The notes under the pieces were generated by a model that had not been told where the DNA came from, searched no databases, and saw nothing but the letters and a program-made list of their open reading frames with translations. From Candidatus Omnitrophota bacterium (GTDB lineage Bacteria > Omnitrophota > Omnitrophia > Omnitrophales > Aquincolibacteriaceae), in contig JAZDJU010000049.1 of NCBI GenBank assembly GCA_043803685.1, positions 1 through 57,308 of the forward strand: DNA of 57,308 nt, read 5' to 3'. Shown here piece after piece: positions 35,657 to 44,964 of the stretch. A program made the position numbers and the translations under genes. Positions within the stretch are counted from its first letter, which is position 1. Every line of letters begins with the position of its first letter.

Positions 35657-36541
35657 CTAGACTTCGCCGTCTTTTTTCTTGGCGGGCTTCTTGGCCTTAG
35701 GCTTCACTTCATCGGTCACCACGACACCGGCCAGGATCTTCGGGTCCAATTTCCCCTCGATCACTTCTTCGTCCAGAACCACGGACTCGGTATCGACGGC
35801 TTCGTCCCCGGCAAGTTCGGCCTGGATCGCGTCTTCTTTGTCTTTAGCGATCTTCTGGAATTCCTTGCGGCCTTCCGCGATGGTGCCTGAGATCGTCGAG
35901 CAGAAAAGCTTGATCGCCTTGATCGCGTCATCGTTTCCGGGAAGCGGATGGTCAATATTATCCGGATTTCCGTTCGTATCAAGCACGGCCACGACAGGGA
36001 TCCCGAGCTTCGTCGCTTCCGCGATCGAGATCTTTTCAAGCTCCGCGTCGATCACAAAAATGGCTCCCGGGACCTTCCGCATCTCGCGGATCCCCGAAAG
36101 GTTCTTGATGAGCTTTTCGCGTTCTTTCTTGAGAGAGCCAATTTCCTTTTTCGTGATGAATTGAAAACTCCCGTCCTGCTCCATCTTGTCGATCGCATCA
36201 AGTTTTTTGATGGATTTCCGGATGGTCTCGAAATTCGTGAGCATCCCACCCAACCAACGCTGGTTCACGTACGGCATCCCGCACGCTTCCGCGGCTTCCT
36301 TCAGAGGAAGCTGGGCCTGTTTCTTGGTGCCGACAAAAAGAACATCTTTCCCTTCGGCGGCGATCTGCCTGAGAAACTCAAGGGCTTTTTCAAGACAGCC
36401 CAGGGTTAGCTCGAGGTTAATGATATAAATACCATTGCGTTCTCCGAAGATGTACTTTTTCATCTTGGGATTCCAACGCTGTGTCTGGTGACCGAAATGG
36501 ACACCCGCTTCAAGTAACTGCTTGATCGTGATCTGTGACAA
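35657..36541 (-). CDS. rpsB: 30S ribosomal protein S2
   Basis: LLEAGVHFGHQT.RWNPKM, RWLGGMLTN, PGNDDAI; TTG start with GGAGG RBS. Confidence 0.98.
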   Translation of the reverse strand: MSQITIKQLLEAGVHFGHQTQRWNPKMKKYIFGERNGIYIINLELTLGCLEKALEFLRQIAAEGKDVLFVGTKKQAQLPLKEAAEACGMPYVNQRWLGGMLTNFETIRKSIKKLDAIDKMEQDGSFQFITKKEIGSLKKEREKLIKNLSGIREMRKVPGAIFVIDAELEKISIAEATKLGIPVVAVLDTNGNPDNIDHPLPGNDDAIKAIKLFCSTISGTIAEGRKEFQKIAKDKEDAIQAELAGDEAVDTESVVLDEEVIEGKLDPKILAGVVVTDEVKPKAKKPAKKKDGEV

Positions 36542-36549
36542 AACTTCCT

Positions 36550-36746
36550 CCTGAGTGTTAGTGAAACATGGACGGGATCATCAGTTGAGCCCCGGATCAT
36601 TCCGGAGGGGTCAGTATCGTCACCCTCCCTTTCCCTTCGGCTCGGAGGGCCCGTCGTCTTCCAACTTGCGGACAAAAAAAGATACCTTGAAGACACCCGA
36701 AGGCGCTCCAAGTGCTGATAGCCCTTAAAGTTGGAGCGTCATTATA
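36550..36746 (-). promoter_or_regulatory. rpsB promoter (-10 TATAAT at 36746-36741) and structured leader
   Basis: About 190-nt leader with GACGGG/CCCGTC long-range pairing; rpsB leaders are known autoregulatory sites in other bacteria. Confidence 0.45.
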
Positions 36747-36789
36747 CCCAAAACCTTCAGGGTCACAAGTTTTTTCTCAGACAGGAAAT

Positions 36790-36883
36790 GAGACGGGAGA
36801 CCAGAGACAAGAGACTACAAAAACAAAAAAATCTCTTTCTTTAGTCGGCAGTCTGTTGTCTGTGGTCTTCAGACTGTCGTCTA
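36790..36883. repeat. 7-nt-periodic AGAC/GTCT stem-loop
   Basis: gagacgg gagacca gagacaa gagacta ... agtcggc agtctgt tgtctgt ggtcttc agactgt cgtctat. Confidence 0.8.
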
Positions 36884-38278
36884 TCGGGGTGGTCGGGTCA
36901 GATTTTCCGGGGAGAGAATGCTGCGGAGCTGCTTCTCTGTCATAAGTCCTTTGGAGAGAACGACTTGACGCAAGGTTTGATTTGTCTTAATGGCCTCTTT
37001 GACACACTCCGTAGCCTTGGAATAACCAATATAAGGATTCAGAGCCGCGGCGATCCCGAAGCTGTTCTCGGCGTGCTGCCTGCATTTTTCACGATCCGCC
37101 TGGATTCCCTCAACGCAACGGGTCCTCAGGATATCGAGCGTATTCTTGAGAATTTCGAAGGACTGAAGCAAGTTATGGATGATCACGGGACGCATTACGT
37201 TCAATTCGCATTCCCCTCCTGCTACCGCGAACGCGATCGCCGTATCGTTACCGATCACCTGGAAACCCACCTGAACGGCCATTTCCGGGACCACCGGATT
37301 CACTTTACCGGGCATGATGGATGACCCGGGTTGGAGCGCCGGCAAACGAATCTCGCCGAATCCCGTGTTCGGTCCGGAGCTCAAGAGACGAAGATCGTTC
37401 GCTATCTGGATCAGGGAAAGAGAATAATCCCGGAGAGCACCGGAGACAGCGGCAAAGTCCGCGTCATTTTGCATCACCGCAAAAAGATTCCGCGCGCTTT
37501 TGACCGGGAATCCCGTCAGCGTCTTTAAATTCCGGATGACCGCTTTCGTATAACGAATCGAAGTGTTGAGTCCTGTCCCGACCGCGGAGCCTCCGATCCC
37601 GAGTTCCAGAAGACCCCGGTTCATAAGCTCCAATCGTTCCCTTCCCTTTTGAAGCTGAACGGCCCAACCTGAGAATTCCTGTCCGAGCGTGACGGGCGCG
37701 GCATCCTGCAAATGCGTGCGTCCAGCCTTGACGACATCGTGGAACTCCCGGGCTTTTTTCGCCAGGGCTTTCTCAAGAGCATGAGAAGCGGAACAAAACC
37801 CCTTGGAAAGTTTCAAGGCCGCGAGGCGAAGCGCCGTGGGGATCACGTCATTGGTGGATTGCCCCATATTCACATGATCATGGGAATGAAGATAAGCGTG
37901 GTCGCCTTTTTTCCGGCCGAGGATCTCAAGCGCCCGATTCGTGATAACCTCGTTCGCGTTCATGTGGGCCGAAACCCCGGCGCCGGACTGCAACACATCG
38001 GTCACAAACTCACTCTGGTGCGCTCCCGAGATCACTTCGTCGCAGGCTTTCACGATGACACCCGCGCGCCGGCTGTCCAAACGTCCGAGCGAACGGTTCG
38101 AAAGAGCGCATGCTTTTTTGATAACGGCAAGCGCCCAAATAAAGTCCGAGTGAAATCGCATGCCTGAAACCGGGAAATTTTCGATCGCGCGAACGGTTTC
38201 GATGCCGTAGTAGGCTTCCGCTGGAACGGGTCGCGTGCCTAGAGAATCCTTTTCGATGCGCACCTTCCTCTTTTTCAT
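36881..38278 (-). CDS. Aspartate ammonia-lyase / class II fumarase
   Basis: MNANE, VNMGQSTND, GRTHLQDA.P, GSSIMPGKVNP; start MKKRKVRIEKDSLG. Confidence 0.92.
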   Translation of the reverse strand: MKKRKVRIEKDSLGTRPVPAEAYYGIETVRAIENFPVSGMRFHSDFIWALAVIKKACALSNRSLGRLDSRRAGVIVKACDEVISGAHQSEFVTDVLQSGAGVSAHMNANEVITNRALEILGRKKGDHAYLHSHDHVNMGQSTNDVIPTALRLAALKLSKGFCSASHALEKALAKKAREFHDVVKAGRTHLQDAAPVTLGQEFSGWAVQLQKGRERLELMNRGLLELGIGGSAVGTGLNTSIRYTKAVIRNLKTLTGFPVKSARNLFAVMQNDADFAAVSGALRDYSLSLIQIANDLRLLSSGPNTGFGEIRLPALQPGSSIMPGKVNPVVPEMAVQVGFQVIGNDTAIAFAVAGGECELNVMRPVIIHNLLQSFEILKNTLDILRTRCVEGIQADREKCRQHAENSFGIAAALNPYIGYSKATECVKEAIKTNQTLRQVVLSKGLMTEKQLRSILSPENLTRPPR

Positions 38279-38733
38279 GTGGCAGCTCCCGTCGTGATAT
38301 TGTGGCCTTCGTAATATTGACCGATCGCGGCCGTAACCGCTTCGGGCGTACAAAGTACGGACGAAATCCTTGAAACTCCGGCCAACCCCGAGATCTCAGC
38401 GTCCGGCAATGCCGCCCGGGGATCCCCGATCCCGACCACGAGAGTGCCATTCTGCATCTCGATCGGAATGAACCCGTACTTTACGGCGACACTCTTCGGC
38501 ACGCGTTCGACGGCAAGTGGATCGATGAACACATGCGTCAAGTCCACAAAGGGCATTGCGTGTCTTTCCGCCAACGCCTTAAAAAGCAGGAATTTCGGGA
38601 TACACCGCTTCCGGACCAACACCTCACCCACGAACTCCTGGGTCCGTTTCTGCTCACTCAAAGCGTCGTCCAGTTGCTCCCAATCGATCAACTTTTTCTG
38701 GATCAAAACCTCGCCGATATGCCATTGTTTCAT
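38275..38733 (-). CDS. Stand-alone MshEN / T2SSE N-terminal domain protein
   Basis: IGEVLIQKKLIDWEQLDDALSEQ...VGEVLV, then A.KYGFIP...LVVGIGDP; no ATPase domain. Confidence 0.8.
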   Translation of the reverse strand: MKQWHIGEVLIQKKLIDWEQLDDALSEQKRTQEFVGEVLVRKRCIPKFLLFKALAERHAMPFVDLTHVFIDPLAVERVPKSVAVKYGFIPIEMQNGTLVVGIGDPRAALPDAEISGLAGVSRISSVLCTPEAVTAAIGQYYEGHNITTGAAT

Positions 38734-38755
38734 AGAGGAGACCTATTCTACGGGA

Positions 38756-39643
38756 TCATTCCGTGCGCGCAAGATGAAGATTCGTGAAGATCTGCCGGGT
38801 CGCAAGCGATTGGTTCAACGTGTAAAAATGGAGACCGGGCGCACCCCCTTGGAGGAGTTCCTGACATTGCCGCGTCGCGTATTCGATCCCGAATTTCATG
38901 ATCGACTCCTGGTCCTCGCCAAAACGGGCAATCGCCTCACGGATCTTCTCCGGGATCTCGGCCCCGCACATTTTTGAGAACTTCTCGATCTGCGGCCCGT
39001 GAGTAACGGGCATGATCCCCGGAACGATCGGAACCTTGATCCCGATCTTGCGGGCGCGTTCCACAAAATGAAAGTAGTGCCGGTTGTCGAAAAAAAGTTG
39101 GGTCACGACCGCGTCCGCGCCCTGCTCGACCTTACTTTTAAGGTGCTCGAGATCCTTTTGTTTGTCCCTGCATTCCGGATGACCTTCCGGATAGCCGGCC
39201 ACGCTCAGCTCAAAAGCCTGTCCGAGCCGGGGATGTTGGCGGATAAAGCGCACGAGCTCTGAGGCGTAGTGAAAACCGTCCGGAGGAGCCTTGAACTGCG
39301 TTTCGCCCTGCGGCGGATCCCCCCGGAGCGCCACGATATTCTCGATGCCCTTGGATTGAAGCGTCGTGAGGATCTGCTCGATCTCCGCGCGGCTGTGCGC
39401 CACACAAGTCAGATGCGCCGCGACCTCGATGCCGATCTTATGCTTGATCTCCTCGACAATACGCAGCGTATTCGTCTGTGTATTCCCCATCGCCCCGTAG
39501 GTCACGGACACAAAAGAAGGCGCGAGTTTTTTCAATTCAGTCACGGTCTGAAAAAGCTTCGCTTCCCCTTCCACGGTCTTGGGAGGAAAGAATTCGAACG
39601 AGATCGTGCTTTTCTGTTTTTTGTAATATTCGGATATTTTCAT
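38756..39643 (-). CDS. metF: 5,10-methylenetetrahydrofolate reductase
   Basis: SFEFFPPK, SVTYGA, HLTC, LRGDPP, AGYPEGHPE, TQLFFD, HFYTLN. Confidence 0.97.
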   Translation of the reverse strand: MKISEYYKKQKSTISFEFFPPKTVEGEAKLFQTVTELKKLAPSFVSVTYGAMGNTQTNTLRIVEEIKHKIGIEVAAHLTCVAHSRAEIEQILTTLQSKGIENIVALRGDPPQGETQFKAPPDGFHYASELVRFIRQHPRLGQAFELSVAGYPEGHPECRDKQKDLEHLKSKVEQGADAVVTQLFFDNRHYFHFVERARKIGIKVPIVPGIMPVTHGPQIEKFSKMCGAEIPEKIREAIARFGEDQESIMKFGIEYATRQCQELLQGGAPGLHFYTLNQSLATRQIFTNLHLARTE

Positions 39644-39683
39644 GATGGATTTTCTGGATTCTACCTCAGGATACCGGATTCCT

Positions 39684-40415
39684 TTAGGGAATTCTGTTGG
39701 AGACCGGGAAACCCGCAAGCCTCAAAAAATTCCGGAAAAACACGTGGGAACTCTGTTCCAACTCCCGGCGCGCCGCCTCGAAATCCACACGAAGCTCCAC
39801 CGTGTCCATTTTGAGAAGGTCCCCGTCCGCCGCAAGCCAATCCTCGAACATCGGCTCGCTCAACTCGACGTGCCCCTGAATCCCGTAAACACGCTCCTGA
39901 ATGCGAACGATCTGGTTCTCACAGGTCCGGCCCTTCGCGAGACAAACCATGGAAGAAGTCAGCCCCACGGTTTCGCCGTGCAGTTGGAAAACCTTGCAAG
40001 GGTCGGAGATCCCCGCAAGCAGGGGATCCTTCTTTCCTTCCAAAGTTTTTTCCATTTCAAACCACGCGCCCGCAGGATCCCGGAACCCGATCTCTTTGAC
40101 GGAATTCTGGAAAACCGTTCCGCCCGCAGCCTTCACCAGAAGCTGTAACCCAAGACAAACACCCAAGCAAGGAACTCCGTCGTTCATGCATTTGCGAAGC
40201 GCCGCGAGTTCGGCCAGGATCTTGGGCGTCGTGTCATTCGCACTGTCCGGCCCTCCCAACACCACCACCGCCTGCCCCCATTCCGCCTCCGGGAACCGGT
40301 CCCCCCGGTGAAGGTCCACAATCGAATAAGGGATCCCTTCTTTTTCGGCAAATGAGGAAAAAAGCCCTGCGCCCTCGTGCGGCATATTTTTGACGAACCA
40401 GATCTTTTCGGTCAT
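39684..40415 (-). CDS. Type 1 glutamine amidotransferase (GMP-synthase-like)
   Basis: VLGGP, LGVCLGLQL (catalytic Cys), GIQGHVE (His-x-Glu). Confidence 0.9.
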   Translation of the reverse strand: MTEKIWFVKNMPHEGAGLFSSFAEKEGIPYSIVDLHRGDRFPEAEWGQAVVVLGGPDSANDTTPKILAELAALRKCMNDGVPCLGVCLGLQLLVKAAGGTVFQNSVKEIGFRDPAGAWFEMEKTLEGKKDPLLAGISDPCKVFQLHGETVGLTSSMVCLAKGRTCENQIVRIQERVYGIQGHVELSEPMFEDWLAADGDLLKMDTVELRVDFEAARRELEQSSHVFFRNFLRLAGFPVSNRIP

Positions 40416-40442
40416 ATTTTTATCGCAGAGTTTTGAGAAGTT

Positions 40443-40844
40443 TCAGGATGATGGATCCAAAGCCTCTTCCACCTTTGAAAGGAATAGCTTTGGGGAAAAT
40501 GGCTTGAAAAGACAACTCACGGCCCCTCGCGTTTGGAATTCCCCAACCTTCACTTTCTTGACATCGGCCGTGAACATGACCACCGGGATGTGTTTCGTAC
40601 GCGGATCTTTTTTGAGACGATCGAGCACTTCACCGCCGTTCATTTCCGGCATCACATAGTCCAGAAGCACAAGGTCCGGCATTTCCTTCCTGGCCATTTC
40701 CAGCCCCTCTTTTCCCGAAAGGGCCGTCACCACAACATAACCGTTCGCTTCAAGCCGGGAAGCCGCAAGCATAAGGATCGCGTCTTCGTCATCGATGACA
40801 AGAATTTTTTTCACCTGGGAACTTGCGCGTTTCTTTTTAGGCAT
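40443..40844 (-). CDS. Single-domain response regulator
   Basis: LVIDDE, LLDYVMP, MFTA, KPF. Confidence 0.92.
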   Translation of the reverse strand: MPKKKRASSQVKKILVIDDEDAILMLAASRLEANGYVVVTALSGKEGLEMARKEMPDLVLLDYVMPEMNGGEVLDRLKKDPRTKHIPVVMFTADVKKVKVGEFQTRGAVSCLFKPFSPKLFLSKVEEALDPSS

Positions 40845-42396
40845 AGATCTTATCCAGGACCTCTTCCAGCGTCTTGGCCTCCTGCGGGAGACAGATCACG
40901 TGCCCGTGGATCTCGATCCCGGGCGAGCTGTGTTCCCTGACCAGATATTCATCCAGGACCTGGGAGATACGTCCCAGAGCGACGAACGCGCTTTCCCGGG
41001 AAGTGTCAGGCAAAAGAACCATGACCGCTTTGGTGTCCTTGATCGCGACGTCGACCACGCGCCGGAGGGCATCGTTGATGATCTTCTCCATTTTCTGGAC
41101 GAGCCGTTCCACGCTCCGTACACCCAACTGTTTTTCCAGAGAATCGAAATCCAGAATGTCGAAAATAAGAATCGACAGCGGGTTCCCCTTGCTCTCACAC
41201 CGCTTCAAAGCCTGGCTGATCGCGCCTTTAAAATATTCCCGGTGGTTATACTGAGGAAGCACAAAAGTCGCCGTCGTTCCCTTGCCGGGCATGCTATCGA
41301 TCTTGATGCGCCCGTGATGCAACTCTACAAGTTTCTTGCAAATAGAAAGTCCGAGTCCAGTCCCTCGGTCCCCGGGGCCTGCCTCCCGGCCGAATTGACT
41401 AAAATGCTGAAAGGCATGAGGAAGATCTTTCGCAAAGATCCCCTTCCCGGTGTCCGAAACCTTACATTCCACAAAGCCATCTCGAACCCGCAACTCAATC
41501 TTGATCTGCCCTTGCTCCGTAAACTTGATCGCGTTATGGATCAAATGGGTCAGCACCTGGGCGATTTTTTCACGATCGACACAGATCTCGACCGTTTCGG
41601 GCGAAAAATCCGTAAGGATCTCGAGTTTTTTTTGTCTCGTTGCAGTCTTGAAATTTTTCACCACCTCCCGGACCACTTCGGCTAGATCACACGACCTCCG
41701 GTAGAGGCTAACGTTCCCGGCTTCCAGTTTCGACACATCCAGAAGCTCTTCGATGATGCGTGCCAGACGATCCGAATTCTGAATCACCATATCCAAAAAC
41801 ACTTTCTGATTTTTCGGCACCGGCCCCAGGACCTCGTCCCGGATCTGGGAAACGGCTTCGCGAATAACGGTCAGGGGCGTCCTGAGCTCGTGAGAAACCG
41901 TGCTGATGAATTCCCCCTTCAATTGATCGTAATGCATGTGCTTGGTCACATCATGAAAGATCCCGGAAAGAGCGCAGGGCCTGCCTTGATGCATGAGCCG
42001 GCTGACCGCGCCTTCGACGTTGAGCTCCTTGCCGCTTTTGGAGATAAAAGTGGTGTTGAATTTCCTGGGTTTTCCGTCCCTCAGAACCGCCAGAAAAACA
42101 TCTTCGGCCTCTTGCTTGTCCTTGGGATGGATGATATGAAAGACCGTGATCTGAGCAAGGTCCTCAACGGTGTATTCAAGAGCTTGGGCCCACGCGGGAT
42201 TGACGTCCAGGATCTCCCCACCGATCTTGAACACCTGGATCAGGTTATTGGTCAGCCGGCAAAAGCCGTGGCACTTCCGTTCTTCGAACGGTTTGCCGCA
42301 GGGTGTCGGAAAGTTGCAGGGAACCACTCCTCCCGAACTGGGCGGAGCCTTTTTCTGAGGTTGTTTTCGAGATTTTTTTCGGGGCTGCTTTTTCAT
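40837..42396 (-). CDS. PAS - HisKA - HATPase kinase with C-terminal degenerate GGDEF-like domain
   Basis: VSHELRTPL, HNAIKFT, GTGLGL; C-terminus LSILIFDI...LRRVVDV...VMVLLPDT lacks GG[DE]EF. Confidence 0.85.
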   Translation of the reverse strand: MKKQPRKKSRKQPQKKAPPSSGGVVPCNFPTPCGKPFEERKCHGFCRLTNNLIQVFKIGGEILDVNPAWAQALEYTVEDLAQITVFHIIHPKDKQEAEDVFLAVLRDGKPRKFNTTFISKSGKELNVEGAVSRLMHQGRPCALSGIFHDVTKHMHYDQLKGEFISTVSHELRTPLTVIREAVSQIRDEVLGPVPKNQKVFLDMVIQNSDRLARIIEELLDVSKLEAGNVSLYRRSCDLAEVVREVVKNFKTATRQKKLEILTDFSPETVEICVDREKIAQVLTHLIHNAIKFTEQGQIKIELRVRDGFVECKVSDTGKGIFAKDLPHAFQHFSQFGREAGPGDRGTGLGLSICKKLVELHHGRIKIDSMPGKGTTATFVLPQYNHREYFKGAISQALKRCESKGNPLSILIFDILDFDSLEKQLGVRSVERLVQKMEKIINDALRRVVDVAIKDTKAVMVLLPDTSRESAFVALGRISQVLDEYLVREHSSPGIEIHGHVICLPQEAKTLEEVLDKIYA

Positions 42397-42452
42397 CGCT
42401 GGATTTATCGTCTTTTCCAGAAGGGTCCTACAGCGGTTTTTTTGAAAAAGAC

Positions 42453-43697
42453 CTAGAGGATCTCGGGCTCGGGAAGCGGGATAATGAACCGGACGCCCCG
42501 GGCACGGAGCGGCTCGATCTTCAAAAGGATCTCGCGGGCGAAATTCCACGCGAAGATCAGGACGTAATCGGTAGGATGCTCGTTCAGATGCGCGCTGGTC
42601 ACGATAGGGATCTTTCTTCCCGGGATCAGGCGATCCTGTTTCAGCGGATTGTCGTCGACGATATAGTCGATCTCCCGCGGCGTCAGTCCGCAGAAATTGA
42701 TGATAGTGGAAGCCTTCGCCGGCGCTCCGTATCCAGAGACCGTCTTCCCCTGTTTTTTGAGGTCCGCGATCATGTCGTTGAGCTTTTTCTTGAAACCGAG
42801 CACTCGCGCTCCGAAGTCCCGGTACACCTTCTCTTCCAGGCAACCCTTTTCCTTCTCTTCGCGCAGGAACCGGTCCACGATCGCCGTCCGTTGGCGAGGC
42901 CCGCCTTTTTTCTGCATGAAGACCCGGAGAGATCCGCCGTGAGTGCCGACCTCGGTGATATCAAAGATCTCCATTCCGAAGCGCTCCATCAGGAACCCGA
43001 GCGCCGTGACCCCGATGTAGCAGACATGTTCGTGATAGACCATGTCGAAGAACATTTTTTCGAGCATGGTCACAAGATAGGCAAACTCAATCACAAAAAA
43101 ACCGTCGTCCGCGAGAAGTTCCCGGACGTTCCGGGCCACGGACTGGATGTCGTCGATATGAGCGAACACGTTATTGGCGCTGATCGCATCCGCCTTGCCG
43201 TATTTTGCCGCGATCTCACGCACGGTCTCTTCCCCGAAATACCGATTGAGCGTCGTGACGCCGCGTTTATTCGCGTCCGCTGCGAGGTTCTTGGCAGGCT
43301 CCACCCCGACACCGCGCATCCCCGCCTTGTCATAGCAAGAAACAAGCAAGCCGTCGTTACTGCCGATGTCCACCGCGAGAGGCTTTTCTTTTTTGCCGAG
43401 GCGTTTTCTTACATCTTCGGCATATTCGGCAAAATGGGTCCGAAAGGTCTGCGTCGTGGAACTCACGTAAAGGTACTCGTCGAACATCAGGTGCGCGGGA
43501 ACAGAATGCGTCAGCTGGACCAGATGACATTTCGGGCATTTGACGACCGCGAGCGGACAATGGAATTCCGGTTTTTCGGCGTCGGCTCTGCGCGGGAGAT
43601 TATTCGCAAGCGGCTGGGCCCCAAGGTCGAGAAAGGCTTCCCCTAGTGGCGTATCGCAATAACGGCATGTCTTTCTTCGATGCGGATCGTTCGTCAT
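42453..43697 (-). CDS. NDP-sugar C-methyltransferase (Zn-binding class I SAM MTase)
   Basis: CRYC...LDLG.QPLAN...CPKC.LVQL, DIGSNDG, NNVFAH, YHEH, THGGSLR, GYGAPAKA, FAWNF. Confidence 0.9.
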   Translation of the reverse strand: MTNDPHRRKTCRYCDTPLGEAFLDLGAQPLANNLPRRADAEKPEFHCPLAVVKCPKCHLVQLTHSVPAHLMFDEYLYVSSTTQTFRTHFAEYAEDVRKRLGKKEKPLAVDIGSNDGLLVSCYDKAGMRGVGVEPAKNLAADANKRGVTTLNRYFGEETVREIAAKYGKADAISANNVFAHIDDIQSVARNVRELLADDGFFVIEFAYLVTMLEKMFFDMVYHEHVCYIGVTALGFLMERFGMEIFDITEVGTHGGSLRVFMQKKGGPRQRTAIVDRFLREEKEKGCLEEKVYRDFGARVLGFKKKLNDMIADLKKQGKTVSGYGAPAKASTIINFCGLTPREIDYIVDDNPLKQDRLIPGRKIPIVTSAHLNEHPTDYVLIFAWNFAREILLKIEPLRARGVRFIIPLPEPEIL

Positions 43698-43704
43698 AAA
43701 TTCC

Positions 43705-44433
43705 TTAAGCTGCGGGTGGCGGAAAAACACCCGTGATCTTGCCGTGACGGATCACAATGTGTCCTCCGGAAAGAACCTCGAGTTTCCCTTCCGTGATCTG
43801 CGTCATGATCCCGGCCACGAATTCCGGTGTCTGCTGACGCTCAGCATCTTCATTTCCAAAAAGTTCACGGCGCATTTCCGTATTCATACCGCCCGGACAG
43901 ACCGTAATACACTGAAGTCCCGTTTCCGCGTTCTCTTTGGCGACCGCCTGTGACAACGCGAGCACTCCGAACTTGGCCGCTGAATACGACACCAAACGCG
44001 GCACCGCTCGGGTCCCCGCCATGGAGGAAACATTCATAATGAGAGCCTTCGGCTGTTTTTTCATGATCGGAACTGCGTACTTGCACATGAGGAACGCCGT
44101 ATCCAGGTTCTGTTTGAAATGCTCCCGGAATTCCTTGAGCGTGACTTTTTCGACGGGAGCAAGCGGCGCACAGTAGCCGGCATTATTGATCAAGATATCG
44201 ATGCGACCGGTCCGGCGTTTGATCCCGGCAAGCAGGGTCTTGACTGTCTTTTCGGAAGTGATATCTCCGGCGATCAACTTGAAACGATCCGAGGGCACTG
44301 CTTCTTTTGCGGCGGGCCAGTTTTTCCGGGTGCGGCTGATCCCGAACACCGTATCGCCAAGATCCGTGAACTGCTTGGCCAACGCAAGCCCGAGACCGCG
44401 GCTGGCTCCGGTAATAACGACCGTTCTTTTCAT
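43705..44433 (-). CDS. SDR family oxidoreductase
   Basis: TGASRGLG, NNAG, SS, YSAAK. Confidence 0.92.
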   Translation of the reverse strand: MKRTVVITGASRGLGLALAKQFTDLGDTVFGISRTRKNWPAAKEAVPSDRFKLIAGDITSEKTVKTLLAGIKRRTGRIDILINNAGYCAPLAPVEKVTLKEFREHFKQNLDTAFLMCKYAVPIMKKQPKALIMNVSSMAGTRAVPRLVSYSAAKFGVLALSQAVAKENAETGLQCITVCPGGMNTEMRRELFGNEDAERQQTPEFVAGIMTQITEGKLEVLSGGHIVIRHGKITGVFPPPAA

Positions 44434-44446
44434 CGTCCCGTCAGAT

Positions 44447-44875
44447 CTATTTGGTTTTCAATTCTTTATTGAGGTAGCCTTCGATCACGGGATAAGCAAT
44501 CGTGTCCTCTTCGTACTTTCCCTCTTCGCGCTCGCGGGTCGTGAGGGACAAAAACACGGAATCCTCGGTGAACTTCTGGGCGTGGGCCACCAAGGGCGGT
44601 GTGCTCACGAGGTCACCGGCTTTCGCGTAAAGAACCTTTTTATTCGAGGGATTGTTCACCTCACAGCAGTGGCTTTCATAGGCTCCGCTGATCAGGTACA
44701 TGTGCTGAACATCTTTTTTGTGGTAATGGTTCGCGCGCACCGAACCTTTCTTCGAGGTGATATAGGCCACATGCCCGGTCGTGCCTTCAAATACGTTGAT
44801 GATCTCGCCGCGCGCGTCCACGAAAGCCGGCTTGATATGCTTGATCGTTTCTAGTTCCATAATGAGTCCTTTCAT
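44447..44875 (-). CDS. Cupin-domain protein (sugar isomerase/epimerase-like)
   Basis: DARGEI, RANHYHK, PP.VAHA. Confidence 0.8.
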   Translation of the reverse strand: MKGLIMELETIKHIKPAFVDARGEIINVFEGTTGHVAYITSKKGSVRANHYHKKDVQHMYLISGAYESHCCEVNNPSNKKVLYAKAGDLVSTPPLVAHAQKFTEDSVFLSLTTREREEGKYEEDTIAYPVIEGYLNKELKTK

Positions 44876-44890
44876 TTAAATGAATCGAGC

Positions 44891-44959
44891 AACGTTGAAC
44901 GGGGAACGATAAACAAAATCATAACTCCTAAGGAACGTTCCCCATTTCCCGTTCCCCGG
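44891..44959. repeat. 7-nt-periodic GAACG/CGTTC stem-loop
   Basis: aacgttg aacgggg aacgata ... cgttccc catttcc cgttccc. Confidence 0.7.
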
Positions 44960-44964
44960 GATCT

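Noticed and set aside
33451..36883. Short repeats as a CRISPR array
   Set aside because: Units are 7 nt, degenerate and inverted, with no unique spacers and no cas genes in the window.
39644..39720. SAM riboswitch ahead of metF
   Set aside because: Only about 40 nt separate metF from the upstream gene and no SAM-I motif is visible.
42397..42843. Long N-terminal extensions of the kinase, regulator (12563-12712), lyase and csp ORFs
   Set aside because: They overlap upstream genes or leaders; downstream starts fit domain boundaries and, in most cases, RBSs or stop/start overlaps.
42303..43646. Long plus-strand ORFs (also 18785-19816, 26301-27248, 33962-34957, 45100-46140, 50032-51219)
   Set aside because: They lie antisense to well-supported genes and have no recognisable motifs; typical shadow ORFs.
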